The notes beneath the pieces were generated by a model. The model ran no database searches, was not told the origin of the DNA, and saw only the letters and a list, made by a program, of their open reading frames with translations. This document shows positions 51,561-63,803 of a stretch of DNA of 63,803 bases, piece by piece (position 1 is the stretch's first letter; every line of letters begins with the position of its first letter). This DNA is from Chiloscyllium plagiosum (Eukaryota), in NCBI RefSeq assembly GCF_004010195.1, contig NC_057719.1, positions 67,397,065 to 67,460,867 on the forward strand, written 5' to 3'. The position numbers and the translations under genes were made by a program.

Positions 51561-51941
51561 ACTCAGCTGGAAACCCTTCCAGATTTCTGCTGCAAACACC
51601 TAACTATAGACTTTGGACTGAGGAAACAGGCATTTTCTCAGTACACATTGAGAAGCTGTGGGCAATGGCTGGAGAAGTTGCAAGAGAGAGCAACCTTTAC
51701 TCTCTTACTGTCAGTAAGAGTCAAAGCATGAACTTGAAAGCATTGTTCTGTCTGTCTGTCTCTCTTGGGGAAGAAACTAGTATGGTTTAAAATATTAGAC
51801 CTCCCAACATCTTCTCAGCTGAATTTGTAATCTAGTCTGAACATTTTCCATTACTTTGCAAATGCTAGCTATTGGATTTCATTGATAGGAATTTGTCATC
51901 TGAATTCAACCCTTGACCTACAAATCAAATCAAATCCTATA

Positions 51942-52164
51942 CAGATTGTTCTGTTATAATGTGCATTTCATTAAAGCGAATTCGCTGTAACATAGTTGAC
52001 GAATTGGGGCCACTGTTTCTAAAATGTGAACTTTTAAAAACATGTGTGTTGGCTGTAACGTGATTATTATCATCAACTCTTTAAGCATTGTTTCTAAAGC
52101 ACAATTTTTCTATAACAAGAGGTTGCCTAAAAATGCAATCAACGCGTTATAGAATAACTACCAG
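51942..52164. mobile_element. Tc1/mariner (Tigger/pogo-like) MITE
   Basis: TA|CAGATTGTTCTGTTATAATGTG ... CGCGTTATAGAATAACTACCAG|TA: decayed ~22-bp TIRs with TA flanks. Confidence 0.55.
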
Positions 52165-52201
52165 TATGTCTTCATCATGCTTATATGTTTTAGATTAAGA
52201 G

Positions 52202-52384
52202 AAAGTGAGGACTGCAGATACTGGACAGTCAGATTCGAAAAGTGTGGTACTGGAAAAGTACAGCAGGTCAGGCAGCATCCAAGGAGCAAGAGAGTCGATG
52301 TTTCAGACATGAGCCTGATGAACGGCTTATGCCTGAAATGTTGACTCTCCTGCTCCTCAGATGCTGCCTGAACTGCTGCTTTTG
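52202..52384. mobile_element. Penelope pLTR-derived fold-back insertion
   Basis: AGCAGGTCAGGCAGCATC...GATGCTGCCTGAACTGCT inverted arms; flanking AGATTAAGAG at 52192-52201 and 52385-52394. Confidence 0.75.
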
Positions 52385-53510
52385 AGATTAAGAGGGATTT
52401 AGTTTAATTCACATAATTTAATTGATAATCATTTTGTCAGTTGCGTGAAGAATAAATTTACCTGTAATAAATGTCATTTTTTTGAGTTTATGGAAAGGCC
52501 TGGTGAAGGTCTCTTCTATTCTAATCAACAATACTAAAGAGAAACAAATTGACCAATTTTGTTGATTAAGGGGATGTTTATACCATTGATATGGGTCAGG
52601 GAGTAGATGATCTTGATTTCCTGTGTACTCTCCCAATCGAATTATAACTCAAGCAGTGAGCAGCCACTCCACAAGAGATGCAGCATTTTCTTTTGTGTGG
52701 AGGATGGAGTTTATATCAATTGGATTAACTGCTTTGGGCTTTCAGTGTACACCACCAGCTCTTTAAGCAGTGTCAGTTGAAGGAACATGGACCTTGATCT
52801 AATTCTTCTGGAATAGGTGTTATCATGGGTAGGTGCCATGTAATGCCTGAAAATTTGTTTTCCTCTCATTTCTCTTCCTCCAAAAACCAGGATATTGAAG
52901 TATTCCACTGTAGGAAACACACTGTGGCTTCTTTAGAAACTCGAGTCATGTGAAAGTATGATTCTTGTAGCTGAAAGTATGTCGGTAGATAGTGAAATAG
53001 TTGTCAGCATTACAAAAATATGATCAAACTCTTTCAATGTAGACAGACATGATGTACACTCAATCCTAATGATGCACTAATGGTGGGAAATAACTCATGT
53101 GCCTATATTTCTTCAATAAGCTCTCCCACCCATCTCTTTCTGGAGTTTCAGAAAGAAATGTGATATTGAGTGAGCAGCAATTAAGAGTTGAAAGATGGTC
53201 TGACTGGTCCCTGTCCCATTTCTAGTTTCTGCCACAGGAAAGTCTCCAAACAATTGCTATCCAGTCTGATCATAAGTAATATGTCAAAATGGAAATGTGA
53301 TTGCCATGCCCCACAAAGACATGCCCATCCTGTGAGGTGGAATGTTATGGTAATTGGTTTGGAGTCTTCCAAAGCTAACTTCCTTCTCAAATGGAGAATG
53401 ATGGGCCACAAAAGATCACTGCCAAGGAGGTCACCTGACTCTCACTTTGTGGATTTTGAAAGAAAACACTGTCTGAAAAGGATATATCAGAATAAAGATG
53501 TGTAAAATAC

Positions 53511-54382
53511 TGTGAGACTATCTCAACCATCCAATTTCTGATTTGAATGGGCCATTCTGAAAGTAAGATAATAATTTTCTCAAGAAGAGGAGTATCTGCA
53601 AACACAAACACCCAGGATGTGGGTAATTAATTTAAATTCCACATTTTATTTGGTATAGAACTGTAAAAGACCACATGGTGGACAGCCATTTTGGTCACTG
53701 TTTCAAAAAAGGCTGTTAAGTCAGTAAACCCAAAGCACCAACTGCAGAACAACAACAGCAGAAAACACTAACATCTTCATCTTTAATTGAATTGAATTGA
53801 ATTGTATTTATTGTCATGTGTACCGAGGCACATTGTAAAGCTTAGTGAAAAAAATACCCACAGACTGCTACACCTTAAAGACACTCAGCCTGTTAATTTT
53901 CAAGTCCAACAATTGACTTCTCAATAAAAACAAAACACTTCACCTTCAAGACCTACTGAAAAATCCATGTCTTTGAGGAAATGCTGAAACAACTCTGAGA
54001 TTGGACTCTGGCTGTTTGAATTTACTTAGACTAACTCAAGAACGAAATTGCCTTCTTCAGTTGCCCCAACAATTTCAACTTTCCTAACACAAGGGAAATG
54101 GTGAACCAAGAACTGTTTTATTGTTTATAATTGGTAACAGTACACTATCTTGAGTGAGTGTAGTTTTGTATGTGTGTGAATAAAGAAGGGTTAGATTTTT
54201 GCAATTTGTAAATAAATAGCTTCTTTACTTAAACTCACTTAGCGCTAGTTATTCCAACTGGTCTTCCCATTATAGGCTGAGAAATATACATCTTCCTTTA
54301 AAACAAAAGTGATTAGAAACTGTAAGGGAAGGGAAGGAAATGAAATTAGGATTTTAGTTCTTGCTCATCCTTGTCTATAACA
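53511..54382 (+). mobile_element. Possible solo LTR containing a short Rex-like 3' tail insertion (~53785-53845, minus strand)
   Basis: TG...ATAACA ends and AATAAA near 54210; no TSD confirmed. The insert (AATTG)n..TTTATTGTCATGTGTACCGAGGCAC matches 8288-8325. Confidence 0.35.
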
Positions 54383-55098
54383 TAATCTTACATTTCTTCA
54401 TGAATACTCAAGAAATAAATACAAATTCAATTTAACTCATTGGCAGAGGCTTTAGTCTGTAGTTTTACTGCACGAAGTATTATAATGTGAACTGAATTAT
54501 AATAGAACTTGGATTTCCTTTTTTTTCAGTGAATTTACCATGAGCCTGTTAACAAATTACACAAAACACCAGGACGTTGGATGCTTCCTATCTGTAAATG
54601 AGAGGAAATTAGTGGACAAATTATCCTGGTACACTCAGTTACTTCTTATAGAATGTTGACAGAGCAGAGCTGACAAAGTCTATGAAAAAGAAAGCCTGAA
54701 TAGAAGATCATCCCAAGTAAGGAATAAGAATATGTTGCAAAATCTTGCATGGAGAAAATGTTAACAGAAAGTATGAGTTCAAATGAGTCTGTATCCTATT
54801 CCTTCTCCTAGTCCGGCTTTGTACCACAAACACATCTTGGCAAAATCAGGGTTAAGGCATTTCTTATTTGCCTTCTTAAATATATTAAAATGGATTTGCC
54901 TTGAGGTTTCATAATAGCTTTGTGTCCAGGTACCATAGGTAATTCTAATGAAATCAATAGACGAGAGAGACAGAAAAAGAGGCATGCACAAAATTGAAGG
55001 AAAGCATAAAAAGACCAACGAAAGAACTGGAATAAACATGTCAATGAGAGAAGTGGAAAATAGTGACACTGGGTGGAATAAGACAAATCCAAAGAAGT

Positions 55099-55302
55099 TG
55101 AAGAGAGTGGTGCCGGCAAAGCAGAGCCAGTCAGACAGCATCCGAGGAGCAGGACAGTCGATATTTTGAGCATAAACTCTGATGCAGGGCTTATGCTCGA
55201 AACGTCGATTTGCCTGCTCCTCAGATGCTGCCTAACTGGCTGTGCTTTTCCAGTCCACATTCTTCAACTCTGATGTCTGGCATCTGCAGTCCTCACTTTC
55301 TC
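55099..55302. mobile_element. Penelope pLTR-derived fold-back insertion with 15-bp TSD
   Basis: Inverted arms AGCATCCGAGGAGCAGG..TCGAT / CGTCGATTTGCCTGCTCCTCAGATGCTG; CAAATCCAAAGAAGT at 55084-55098 and 55303-55317. Confidence 0.85.
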
Positions 55303-56849
55303 CAAATCCAAAGAAGTACTGACATATCCAACATAACCAGGAATGTTTTATGCCATCAATATTACTCCATTAGTACTTGAATTCAAACTATTCATCAAAA
55401 CTTTTCACCAAATCAGAAATTCCTCAACTTCACTCCAATTCCAAATTGTATGTTCCACCTGTCATTTGTCAAGCTTTGACAACTTTAAGTCATCTCCTGT
55501 CACAAAGAAAAGTATGAATAAGAACATATTTCGGTCTCAAAATGAGACAGCTTGTAAAACAGATTTTATAAAGGGTGTTCTGTTGAACAGAAAACTACTT
55601 TCAGTCTCAATGTTTGTGCACAAAAGCGTAATAGTCTTCAACTGAAGTTTTTAATACGTGTTTTAGACTTATTTCCGTTACTGGGCAGTCCAAATTAGAA
55701 CAAAGGGTTGAGCTTCACATCCGTGCTGCTACTTGATAAGAGTCCTCATCGCCAAAGGCCATTTCTGAACACCTGCAGAATAAGGACGTCACAAATAGAC
55801 AGAGTGCTGATTCATTTCCTGTTTTCTCCAAGCAAACAGTTAGTGCTGGAGCTCGTGGTTAGAGGAGCCCAGCATTGTTTTAATGGGTGTATCACAAATT
55901 TCCTGAAAGTGGGTGTAGTGGTTTTATTCTGTCTTCGAGCATGAGCCATACAGATGAGATTTTTGAGGAAAGCTCAAGATTATATGGAAAAGAGAACAGC
56001 TGTATATGACAGATAAGGATTGGAACAGGAAGTATTGGCCAAGAGACTTTTAGCTTAATCAATCCCACAAGCCATTTCTCTGGCATCCAGGAAACTGCAA
56101 CAAAGAATTGTCATATCAATTTACCACAAAGGAAGTTCAAACTTTTCTCAGGAAAACTACCGCATTCAAAAAACTGTTTATGTTTTTGTTTTCTGATCCA
56201 AATTGCAGCACTTCAAAAGAAAATAATTTGTGCAATGATTTAGCCATATTTGTAATTAGATATATTTAGTTACATATGCAGGCGGAAGGTGCAAAGATAT
56301 TTTTGCGTTCTAATATTTGGCAGCCAACCTATATTTTTTACTCCCTCTTGCAAGCCATTTTATTCCAAACCATTTTATACCCTCTATTTACTTCTTACAA
56401 TTGCCATTATTCAAATAGATACTCCAACTAATAGCATCAATGACACACTTAATTTTTAAATTCTCATTCCAATTCATAAAGGCCTTAACCACTCCCTCCC
56501 CCTGCCTCTTTAGTCTCCTCAAATCTCACAAACCTCCAAGATCTTAATGTTCTAGCCTCTTTGGCATCTCTAATGTTTTTTCCCTCCATGATTGGTACCC
56601 ATGCTTTCCATTTCCTGGGTCCTATGCACTGGTGTTTCCTAACTGGAATTGTTCCAAGTTTTTTTACACCCTATTAACTCCTTGAAGAGTCTTTTGATCA
56701 AATTTTTGGTCTCTGTTATAATATTTGCCGCTTCAGATATTAAATTTTGCTTTACAATACTCCTGGGTAATGTTTTGCAGGGAGTTTCAATAAATACTGC
56801 TGGTTATTCCTCCAGTAAGGTATGTTATGTGGTGCAGGAATGTACACAG

Positions 56850-58890
56850 AAACATAGAATATAGGAGCAGGAGTCAGCCATTTGGCTCTTTCGAGCCTGC
56901 TCCGCCATTATGATCATAGCTGCTCATCCAACTCAGTGCTCTATTCCTGCTTTCTCCCAATATTCTTTGATGCTTTTAGCACCAAGTACTATGTCTAACT
57001 TCTCCTTGAAAACATTTGGTGTTTTTGCCTCAACTACTTTCTGTAGCTGAGAATTCCACCAGCTCACCATTGGCTGGATGAAGAAATTTCCCCTCAGTTC
57101 AGTCCTCATCAGCCTTCCCCATATCTTTCCACAATGATCCCACTTTTATAGGTTTATATGAGATCAATATCCCATTCTTTTAAATTAAGTGAATATTGTC
57201 CAAACTAATCCAATCTCCATTTATATATTAGTTCTGCCAGCACAGAAATCAGTCTGATAAACCTTCATTGCACTCCCTCCTTAGCCAAGATATCTTCTCT
57301 CAGATAAGGAGACCAAAACTATGCATGATACTCCAGATATGATCTCACCAACATCATGTACATCTTCAGCAAGACATTTCTGCTCCTGTATTTGAATCTT
57401 CCCACAATGAAGGTCAACATATCATTTGCCTTCTTCACTGCCCGCTGTATCTGCACACTTACTTTCAGCAACTGATGTGTGAGAACACTCAGATCTTGTT
57501 GCACTACACCCTTTCTAGATCTATCACCGTTGAGAGTAAAATCAGCAAGACAAATTATTATACCAAAAGTGATAACTACACATTTATCCACATTGTACTT
57601 CTTGTGAAATTCGTTTTCCCACTCACTCAACTTGTCAAAAATCACACTAAAGCATTTTAGCATCCTCCTCAGAAATCCCCTTCCTATATCTCTGAGTTAT
57701 CTGCAAACTTAGAGATGTTAAATTTATTTCCCTCATCTAAATCATTGATATATGTTATGAATAGTTGGGTTCGAGAACTGAACCCAGTGTTACTCCATTA
57801 GTCACTGACTGGAACTCAGAAAATGACCTGTTTATTCTTACTTTTCATTTCATGTCTGCCATCCAGTTCTCTATGTCAGTACACCACCCTTAATTCACAC
57901 GCTTTGATTTTACATGCTAATCTCTTATGGATGACCTTATCAAAAGCCTTCTGAAAATACAGGCAAATCACATCCACTGGCTCCCCCTTATAACTCTACC
58001 AGTCACATGAAAACTTGAAAAGTTCCAATATGTATGTTAAGCAATCCTGTCCAATCCTGTCACTATTTTCCAAAGTGCTCTGCTGTTAGATCTGTTAATG
58101 CTGGATGTAGCATTTTGCCCACTACTGTTGTCAGGTTGACTGGTCTATAATTCCCTGTTTTCTCTCTACCACCTTTTTTAAATAGTGAGGTTACATGAGC
58201 TCCCTTAAATTCATAGAAACTGTTCCTGAGTCTATAGGAAATTGAAAGATGATCACCAATGGATCCATTATTTCTGGGGCCACTTCCGTGAGTACTCTGG
58301 GATGTAGATTTTTGGGACCAAGGGATCAATTTCCCCAACACTATTTCCTAATACTGATTTCCTTCAGTTGCTCCCTCTCACGAGAATCTGAGTTCCCGAA
58401 ACTTCTGTGATGTTATTCATGTCCTCCTTTGTGAAAACAGAACCAAAGTATGGATTTAATTGGTTTACTATCTCTTTGCTATCCTTTTTAATTTCCCCTG
58501 TTGTTTGTAAGGGACCTGTATTTTTGTCTTCACTATTTCTTTTCTCTTCAAAAGCTTTTGCAATCAATTTGTTTGTTCCCTGCAAGCTTACTCTTGTACT
58601 GGTTTTACCCTATTAATCAATTCCTTTGTCCTCCTTTGCTCCCAATCGTCAGGGGTGCTGCATTTTTTGACCAATTTATATGCCTTTTCCTTGGATCAAA
58701 TACTATCTCTAATTTACCTTGTAATCCATGGTCAGACCAATTTTAGCATTTTGTTTTTATTTGTGCCTGACAGAATGAACAGTAGTTGCAGTTCCTCCTT
58801 GTACTCTTCAAATACTTACCATTGACCATCCACCATCATCCATTTAAATAACATTCCCCAATTTATCATAGTCAGCTCATGTCTCCTTTG
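56850..58890 (-). mobile_element. Degenerate CR1 LINE
   Basis: ORFs with FKKGGREKTGNYRPVNLTTVVGKML, LNPYFGSVFTKED, LVRSYLEY; 3' UTR AACATAGAATATAGGAGCAGGAG. Confidence 0.85.
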
Positions 58891-59165
58891 TTTCCTTTGC
58901 AGTGGTATGATGGCATTTTATCCCTCATAATATAAGAAACAAGGTGTGGATAATGTGGTGTTGAAGGATCCAACATGTGTTTATTATAACATACTAATCT
59001 ATAGAAATAGTCACATCTAAGTGTCTGGGCACTTATTAAGCTAGTTGGTTGTTAATATCAATATGCTTTTAATAGTGTGTTATGCTTCAAATGATCCCCA
59101 GTAAGATGGGGAACGCTTAAAGACATACTGAGTAAGTTAGGTGGCAGGACTGGAGGATGGTGAGG

Positions 59166-59292
59166 AGAAAGTGGGGACTGCAGATGCTGGAGATCAGAGT
59201 CGAAGAGTGTGGTGCTGGAAAAGCATAGCCGGTCAGGCAGCATCCAAGGAGCAGGAGAATCGATGTTTTGGGCATAAGCCCTTCATTAGGAA
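59166..59292 (-). mobile_element. Penelope pLTR fragment with 15-bp TSD
   Basis: AGAAAGTGGGGACTGCAGATGCTGGAGATCAGAG...GGCATAAGCCCTTCAT; flanks TGGAGGATGGTGAGG (59151-59165) and TGGAGGATGTTGAGG (59293-59307). Confidence 0.8.
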
Positions 59293-59679
59293 TGGAGGAT
59301 GTTGAGGTCATGTCAAGTGTGGAATAGATGGATGATCCAACCATCACCTGTGAGCTCAGAGGGCTATTGGAGGGCGAGGAGTTTTAGGAGAAATAGGGAG
59401 AGGCAGGAATGCCAGGGAAAGTCAGACAGTCAGGGAGTTGTAGAGTTAGGGTGAGAGCTGGAAGGTCAGGGGGAATAGTTGGAGTGTCAAGAATGTGGGA
59501 GGATTGAAGTTGTCAGTGGATGGATGGATGACATAGGGTCAAGGGATTTCTGAGTGTCTGGATGATTGGGAATAAGAAGGGCTTAAAGGATCATGGGTAT
59601 CAGAGGGCTAGAAGGAATAAAATGGGGCATCAAAAAATCAAAGTGTTGGGTAAATTGGAGGGTAAGGGCAGGCAATGAA

Positions 59680-60565
59680 TAAGAAATGGAATGTTGACCC
59701 TTATTTCAATGGAGTTGGAGTATAAGGCTAGGGAAGGAAACAGGGGAGGTGGTGGCCTTGTGATATTATCACTAGACTGTTAATGCAGAGATCCAGGTAA
59801 TGTTTTCAGGACCTGGGTTCAAATCCCACCTGGCAGATAGTGGAATTTGAATTCAGTTTTTAAAAATCTGGAATTAAAGAGTAAGGAATCCTATTGTTGG
59901 TTGTCGGAAAAAAGACATCTGGTTCACCATCGACTTTTTGGGAAAGAAACTGCCATCCTTAACTGGTCAGGGGCTACACATGACTCCAGACCCGCAGCAA
60001 TGTTGTTGACTCTTAACCGTCCACTGCAATGGGCAACAACTGATGGCCTAGCCAGTGATGCCTTCATCCAGTGAATGAATGAATTTTTAAAAAAAGGTGA
60101 AACCACATCTGGGGAACGGTGAGCAGTTTTGGTCCCCTTATTTAAGGAAAGATATCATTTCACTGGAGGCAGTTCAGAAAAGGTTCACTGGGATAATCCA
60201 CGATATGTGAGATTGCTTAAAGGGCAAAAGCTAAAGAGGTTGGCTCTACTCATTGGAGTTTAGAAGCATGAGAGGTGATATCATTAAAATGGAAAAGATT
60301 CTTAACGGGTTTGACAAGGTAAATGCTGAGAGGATGTTTTCCCTCATGAAAGAGTCTAGGACCAGAGGGCATAGTCTCATAATAAAGGAGTGCCAATTTA
60401 AGAGTGAAATAAGGAGTAGGATTTTTGATCAATAGGGGAAATCAAAGGTAATGGAGAAATGTCAGGAAAGTGGACATGAGGAATGTCTGATCAACCATGA
60501 TCCTCTTGAATGATGGAGCAAGCTTGGGGGGCCAAATGGCCTACTCCTGTTCCTGTTCCTTATGG
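59680..60565 (+). mobile_element. CR1 3' fragment interrupted by a SINE
   Basis: GAGTTGGAGTATAAGGCTAGGGAAG, then after the SINE CAGTTTTGGTCCCCTTATTTAAGG and EFRSMRGDII; tail GGCCTACTCCTGTTCCT. Confidence 0.8.
59743..60085 (+). mobile_element. tRNA-derived SINE with LINE-like 3' tail
   Basis: Head GGTGGCCTTGTGATATTATCACTAGAC, B box GGGTTCAAATCCC, tail GGCCTAGCCAGTGATGCC..(TGAA)n. Confidence 0.75.
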
Positions 60566-61045
60566 AGGATTGGGGTTCTCTGGATCAGGGAGAATTTGAG
60601 GATCAAGGATCAGAGAGTAAGGGACTTCAGAGACTGAAGTCGCAGGAAGTTGGGGAGTAAGAGTTGAAGGATGAGGAATGTTATTGGAGGGACAGTGAGG
60701 CTCAGGGGATAAAAGGTGCCAGGAGGTCAGGACAAGTCAGAGGGTCTAGGGCAATTGGATAGGAAGGAAGATCAGAGAGTTGGGGCTATCAGAGGGCTAT
60801 AGGGGTTTAGTGGGGTATTGGAGACTGAAGGGTTGGGAACGATTGAGGGTAAAATGGAGGTTAGAGGGTCAGTGATTCATTGGCTTAATGGGAGTTTACA
60901 GGGTCAGTAGGAGCTGGAGGGTGTTGGAGTGTTAATGGGCACCATAAGGTCAGATGTAGAGTTGGAGGATTACAGAGTTGAAAGGTTTGGGGAGGAGGGG
61001 GGAGAAGTGGTGTAAAGTTGTTAGAGCCAACATCATCATACCTGT

Positions 61046-61285
61046 GGGTGGCATGGTGGTTAAGTGGTTAGCATTGCTGCCTCACAGTGCCAGTGGGTTC
61101 AATTCCACCCTCAGGCAACTATCTGTGTTAAAGTTTACATTCTCTGTGTCTTTGTGGGCTGCCTCCAAGTGCTCCATTTTCCTCCCAGCGTCCAGAGATG
61201 TGCGGGTTAGGTGGATTGGCTATGCTAAATTGCCCATAGTGTCTAGAGATGTGTAGATTAGCATTGGGGAAAGCAGGGATAGGGT
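61046..61285 (+). mobile_element. HE1-type SINE lacking its 3' tail
   Basis: GTGGTTAGCATTGCTGCCTCACAGTGCC, GGTTCAATTCC, GCTAAATTGCCCATAGTG; runs directly into Penelope sequence. Confidence 0.8.
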
Positions 61286-62168
61286 GGATCTGCTCCCAGG
61301 AGGACCGGTTCCACCACAGAACACACCAGATGGCCTCCTTCTTTAGAGACCGCAATTTCCCTTCCCACGTGGTTAAAGATGCCCTCCAATGCATCTCGTC
61401 TATATCCCACACCTCAGCCCTCAGACCCCACCCCTCCAACCGTAACAAGGACAGAACGCCCCTGGTGCTCACCTTCTACCCTACCAACCTTCGCATAAAC
61501 CAAATCATCCGCCGACATTTCCGCCACCTCCAAACAGACCCCACCACCAAAGATATATTTCCCTCCCCACCCCTTTCCGCCTTCCGCAAAGACCGTTCAC
61601 TTCGTGACAACCTGGTCAGGTCCACGACCCCCTACAACCCACCCTCCCATCCTGGCACCTTCCCCTGCCACCGCAGGAACTGTAAAACCTGCGCCCACAC
61701 CTCCTCCCTCACCTCCATCCAAGGCCCTAAAGGAGCCTTCCACATCCATCAAAGTTTTACCTGCAAATCCACTAATATCATTTATTGTATCCGTTGCTCC
61801 CGACGCGGTCTCCTCTACATTGGGGAGACTGGACACCTCCTAGCAGAGCGCTTTAGGGAACATCTCCGAGACACCCGCACCAATCAACCAAACCGCCCCG
61901 TGGCACAACATTTCAACTCCCCCTCCCACTCTGCCGAGGATATGGAGGTGCTGGGCCTCCTCCACCTATCACCTTCACCCCCTCCCCCACTCACCTATTG
62001 TACTCTATGCTACTTTCTCCCCACCTCCCACCCTCCTCTAGCTTATCTCTCCACACTCCAGGTTCACTGCCTTTATCCCTGATGAAGGACTTTTGCCTGA
62101 AACGTCGATTTCGAAGCTCCTTGGATGCTGCCTGAATTGCTGTGCTCTTCCAGCACCACTAATCCAGA
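61286..62168 (+). mobile_element. Penelope-like element 3' part: RT C-terminal region, GIY-YIG endonuclease, pLTR
   Basis: ORF 61249-62082: PLVLTFYP, CHRRNCKTC, NIIYCIRCSRRGLLYIGETG..LAERFREH, VAQHFN; followed by CCTGATGAAGG..GAAACGTCGA..GATGCTGCCTGA. Confidence 0.92.
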
Positions 62169-62529
62169 TCCTGGGTCTGGATGCGATGCGGTTCCAGATG
62201 TAGAGCCAGCATTTCAGCCGAGAAAGGACAGAAAATCTCCATATGACTCAATCAGCTCATACAGTAAGTGCCTGAAGTGTACTGACCAGGAATGTCCCAG
62301 TCGATCTTTTGTAGCATAACTGGACCCATTTTGGATGATGTTACTCTTATTGTTTAGCAGAGGGAAGTATTTATCAGACTTCCTGCTGGAAGAACTCATG
62401 TATGGGTATCATCTGGAACAGATTTGTCTTGATTCTGATCCTCTGGGATTAGTAGTCAGTCAATACTCATTGTCAAGATTCACATTTGAATAGTGTTCCA
62501 TTGCGCAAGGCACCAGAGGATAGCAATTC

Positions 62530-62715
62530 AGGCTGGCTCAGTTGGTAGCACTCTTACCACTAGGTCCGAGTGCCAAGTTCACATGCCAGAGCTTGAATGC
62601 ATTAAACCAAGCCTGAAAGTTGAACCTAGTACTAAGAGGTCCTAGCCAATATTTAGCCCTCAATTAAAAAAAAAATCGCAAAAACAAATTACCTGGTCAT
62701 TGCCATATTGCTAAA
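62530..62715 (+). mobile_element. DeuSINE-like (SacSINE1/AmnSINE1-related) SINE, internally deleted
   Basis: tRNA-like head GGCTCAGTTGGTAGCACTCTT and Deu-domain-like GTCCTAGCCAATATTTAGCCCTCAA...AAAACAAATTACCTGGTCATT. Confidence 0.55.
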
Positions 62716-63079
62716 TACATTGATTCTAACATAAGTATCCTGTGATGCTGACACCAACAAGGCAGCGACACATGGAGGACTGAGAAAAGAAAATACAAGG
62801 TGAAGGGCTGTGGAAGAAGTTCTATTGAAAAAAAAATCAAAAATAAACATGTAAAGTAAGATAAAATAACAAACATGCACTTTACATAGCTGAGCTGATA
62901 ACGTAAGTGGCTGTAATTCTTGACTCAGTGAAAAACAGCAAGAGAGTAACAGGAAGGCTGTTTTCTGAAAGAATATAAAAGATGCACTTGGGAACAGAAT
63001 GACAGGATTGTTACAGTGCAGAAGGAAGCTACTTGGTCTGCGATGAATGCAACGGCTTTCTGACCACTTTGACTTCATG

Positions 63080-63585
63080 CCAATCTCCTGCCTTTTCTCT
63101 GAAACCCTGTACATTATTTCAATACAGTTAATCTTTAATTGCCCTCGCAATTGCCTTTCCTCACCATACTTCCCAGCAGTGCATTCCTGACCCTCACCAT
63201 TTGCTGCGTGAAAAAGTTTACACTGCTCACCTTACAGACACTTTAAATATGTGCCCCTTGATTTTCAGTCCTTTTATGAAAGGAAACAGGTTCTCACACT
63301 CTACCCTGTAATGATGCAATATTATTTTTGAAAATTGGACCAAATCTCTTCTCAGTCTTCTCCTTTTCAAAGCCAACAGTCTGAACTTTGCCAAGTTATC
63401 CTCATACCTGATGTTTCTCACCCCGGAACCATTCTTGGAAAACCTTTCCACCTTCTTTCTAGTGAGTTCACATCCTTCCGAAAATGTGGGGCCCAAAACT
63501 GAATATAATATTCCAGCTGAGGTCCACCTAGTGTCTTATGTAAGTTCAGCATAATCTTTCCTCTTTTGTCTATGCTCCTATTAAT
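63080..63585 (-). mobile_element. CR1 3' fragment
   Basis: ORF 63227-63496 LALKRRRLRRDLVQFSKI; CCAAAACTGAATATAATATTCCAGCTGAGG is the reverse of a PQLEYYIQFW motif. Confidence 0.8.
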
Positions 63586-63587
63586 AA

Positions 63588-63803
63588 AGGAGAAAGTGAG
63601 GTCTGCAGATGCTGGAGATCAGAGCTGAAAATGTGTTGCTGGAAAAACGCAGCAGGTCAGGCAGCATCCAGGGAACAGGAGAATCGGCGTTTCGGGCATA
63701 AGCCCTTATCCAGGAATGAGGAAAGTTTGTCCAGCAGGCTAAGATAAAAGGTAGGGAGGAGGGACTTGCGGGAGGGACGTCGGAAATGCGATAGGTGGAA
63801 AGA
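63588..63803 (-). mobile_element. Penelope-like element end (pLTR), continuing beyond the window
   Basis: GGAGAAAGTGAGGTCTGCAGATGCTGGAGATCAGAG...CGTTTCGGGCATAAGCCCTT; same family as 59166-59292. Confidence 0.85.

Noticed and set aside
54779..55260. 120-aa and 150-aa minus-strand ORFs
   Set aside because: Derived from a Penelope fold-back plus purine-rich flank.

Overview
Eukaryotic, AT-rich, repeat-dense non-coding DNA (intergenic or a large intron). It is almost certainly from a cartilaginous fish: HE1-type tRNA-derived SINEs, CR1 LINEs sharing their 3' tail, Penelope pLTR derivatives and a DeuSINE-like copy. I see no intact host gene, RNA gene or CRISPR, and no convincing new biological system. 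Nearly all long ORFs are transposon pieces or chance ORFs. The most notable item is a heavily decayed LTR retrotransposon at ~5.9-10.7 kb. It has a candidate LTR, a tRNA-iMet primer-binding site and gag-protease-integrase order, so it is Copia-like (resembling GalEa-type elements), and it is split by a Rex-Babar LINE. Also present: PIF/Harbinger transposase and Myb/SANT fossils, a Gypsy gag relic, an ORF-less Rex-like derivative, hairpin Penelope-type insertions with long target-site duplications, and a microhomology-flanked internal duplication in a CR1. Family calls come from visual motif recognition, not database searches, and boundaries of old repeats are approximate (tens of bp).
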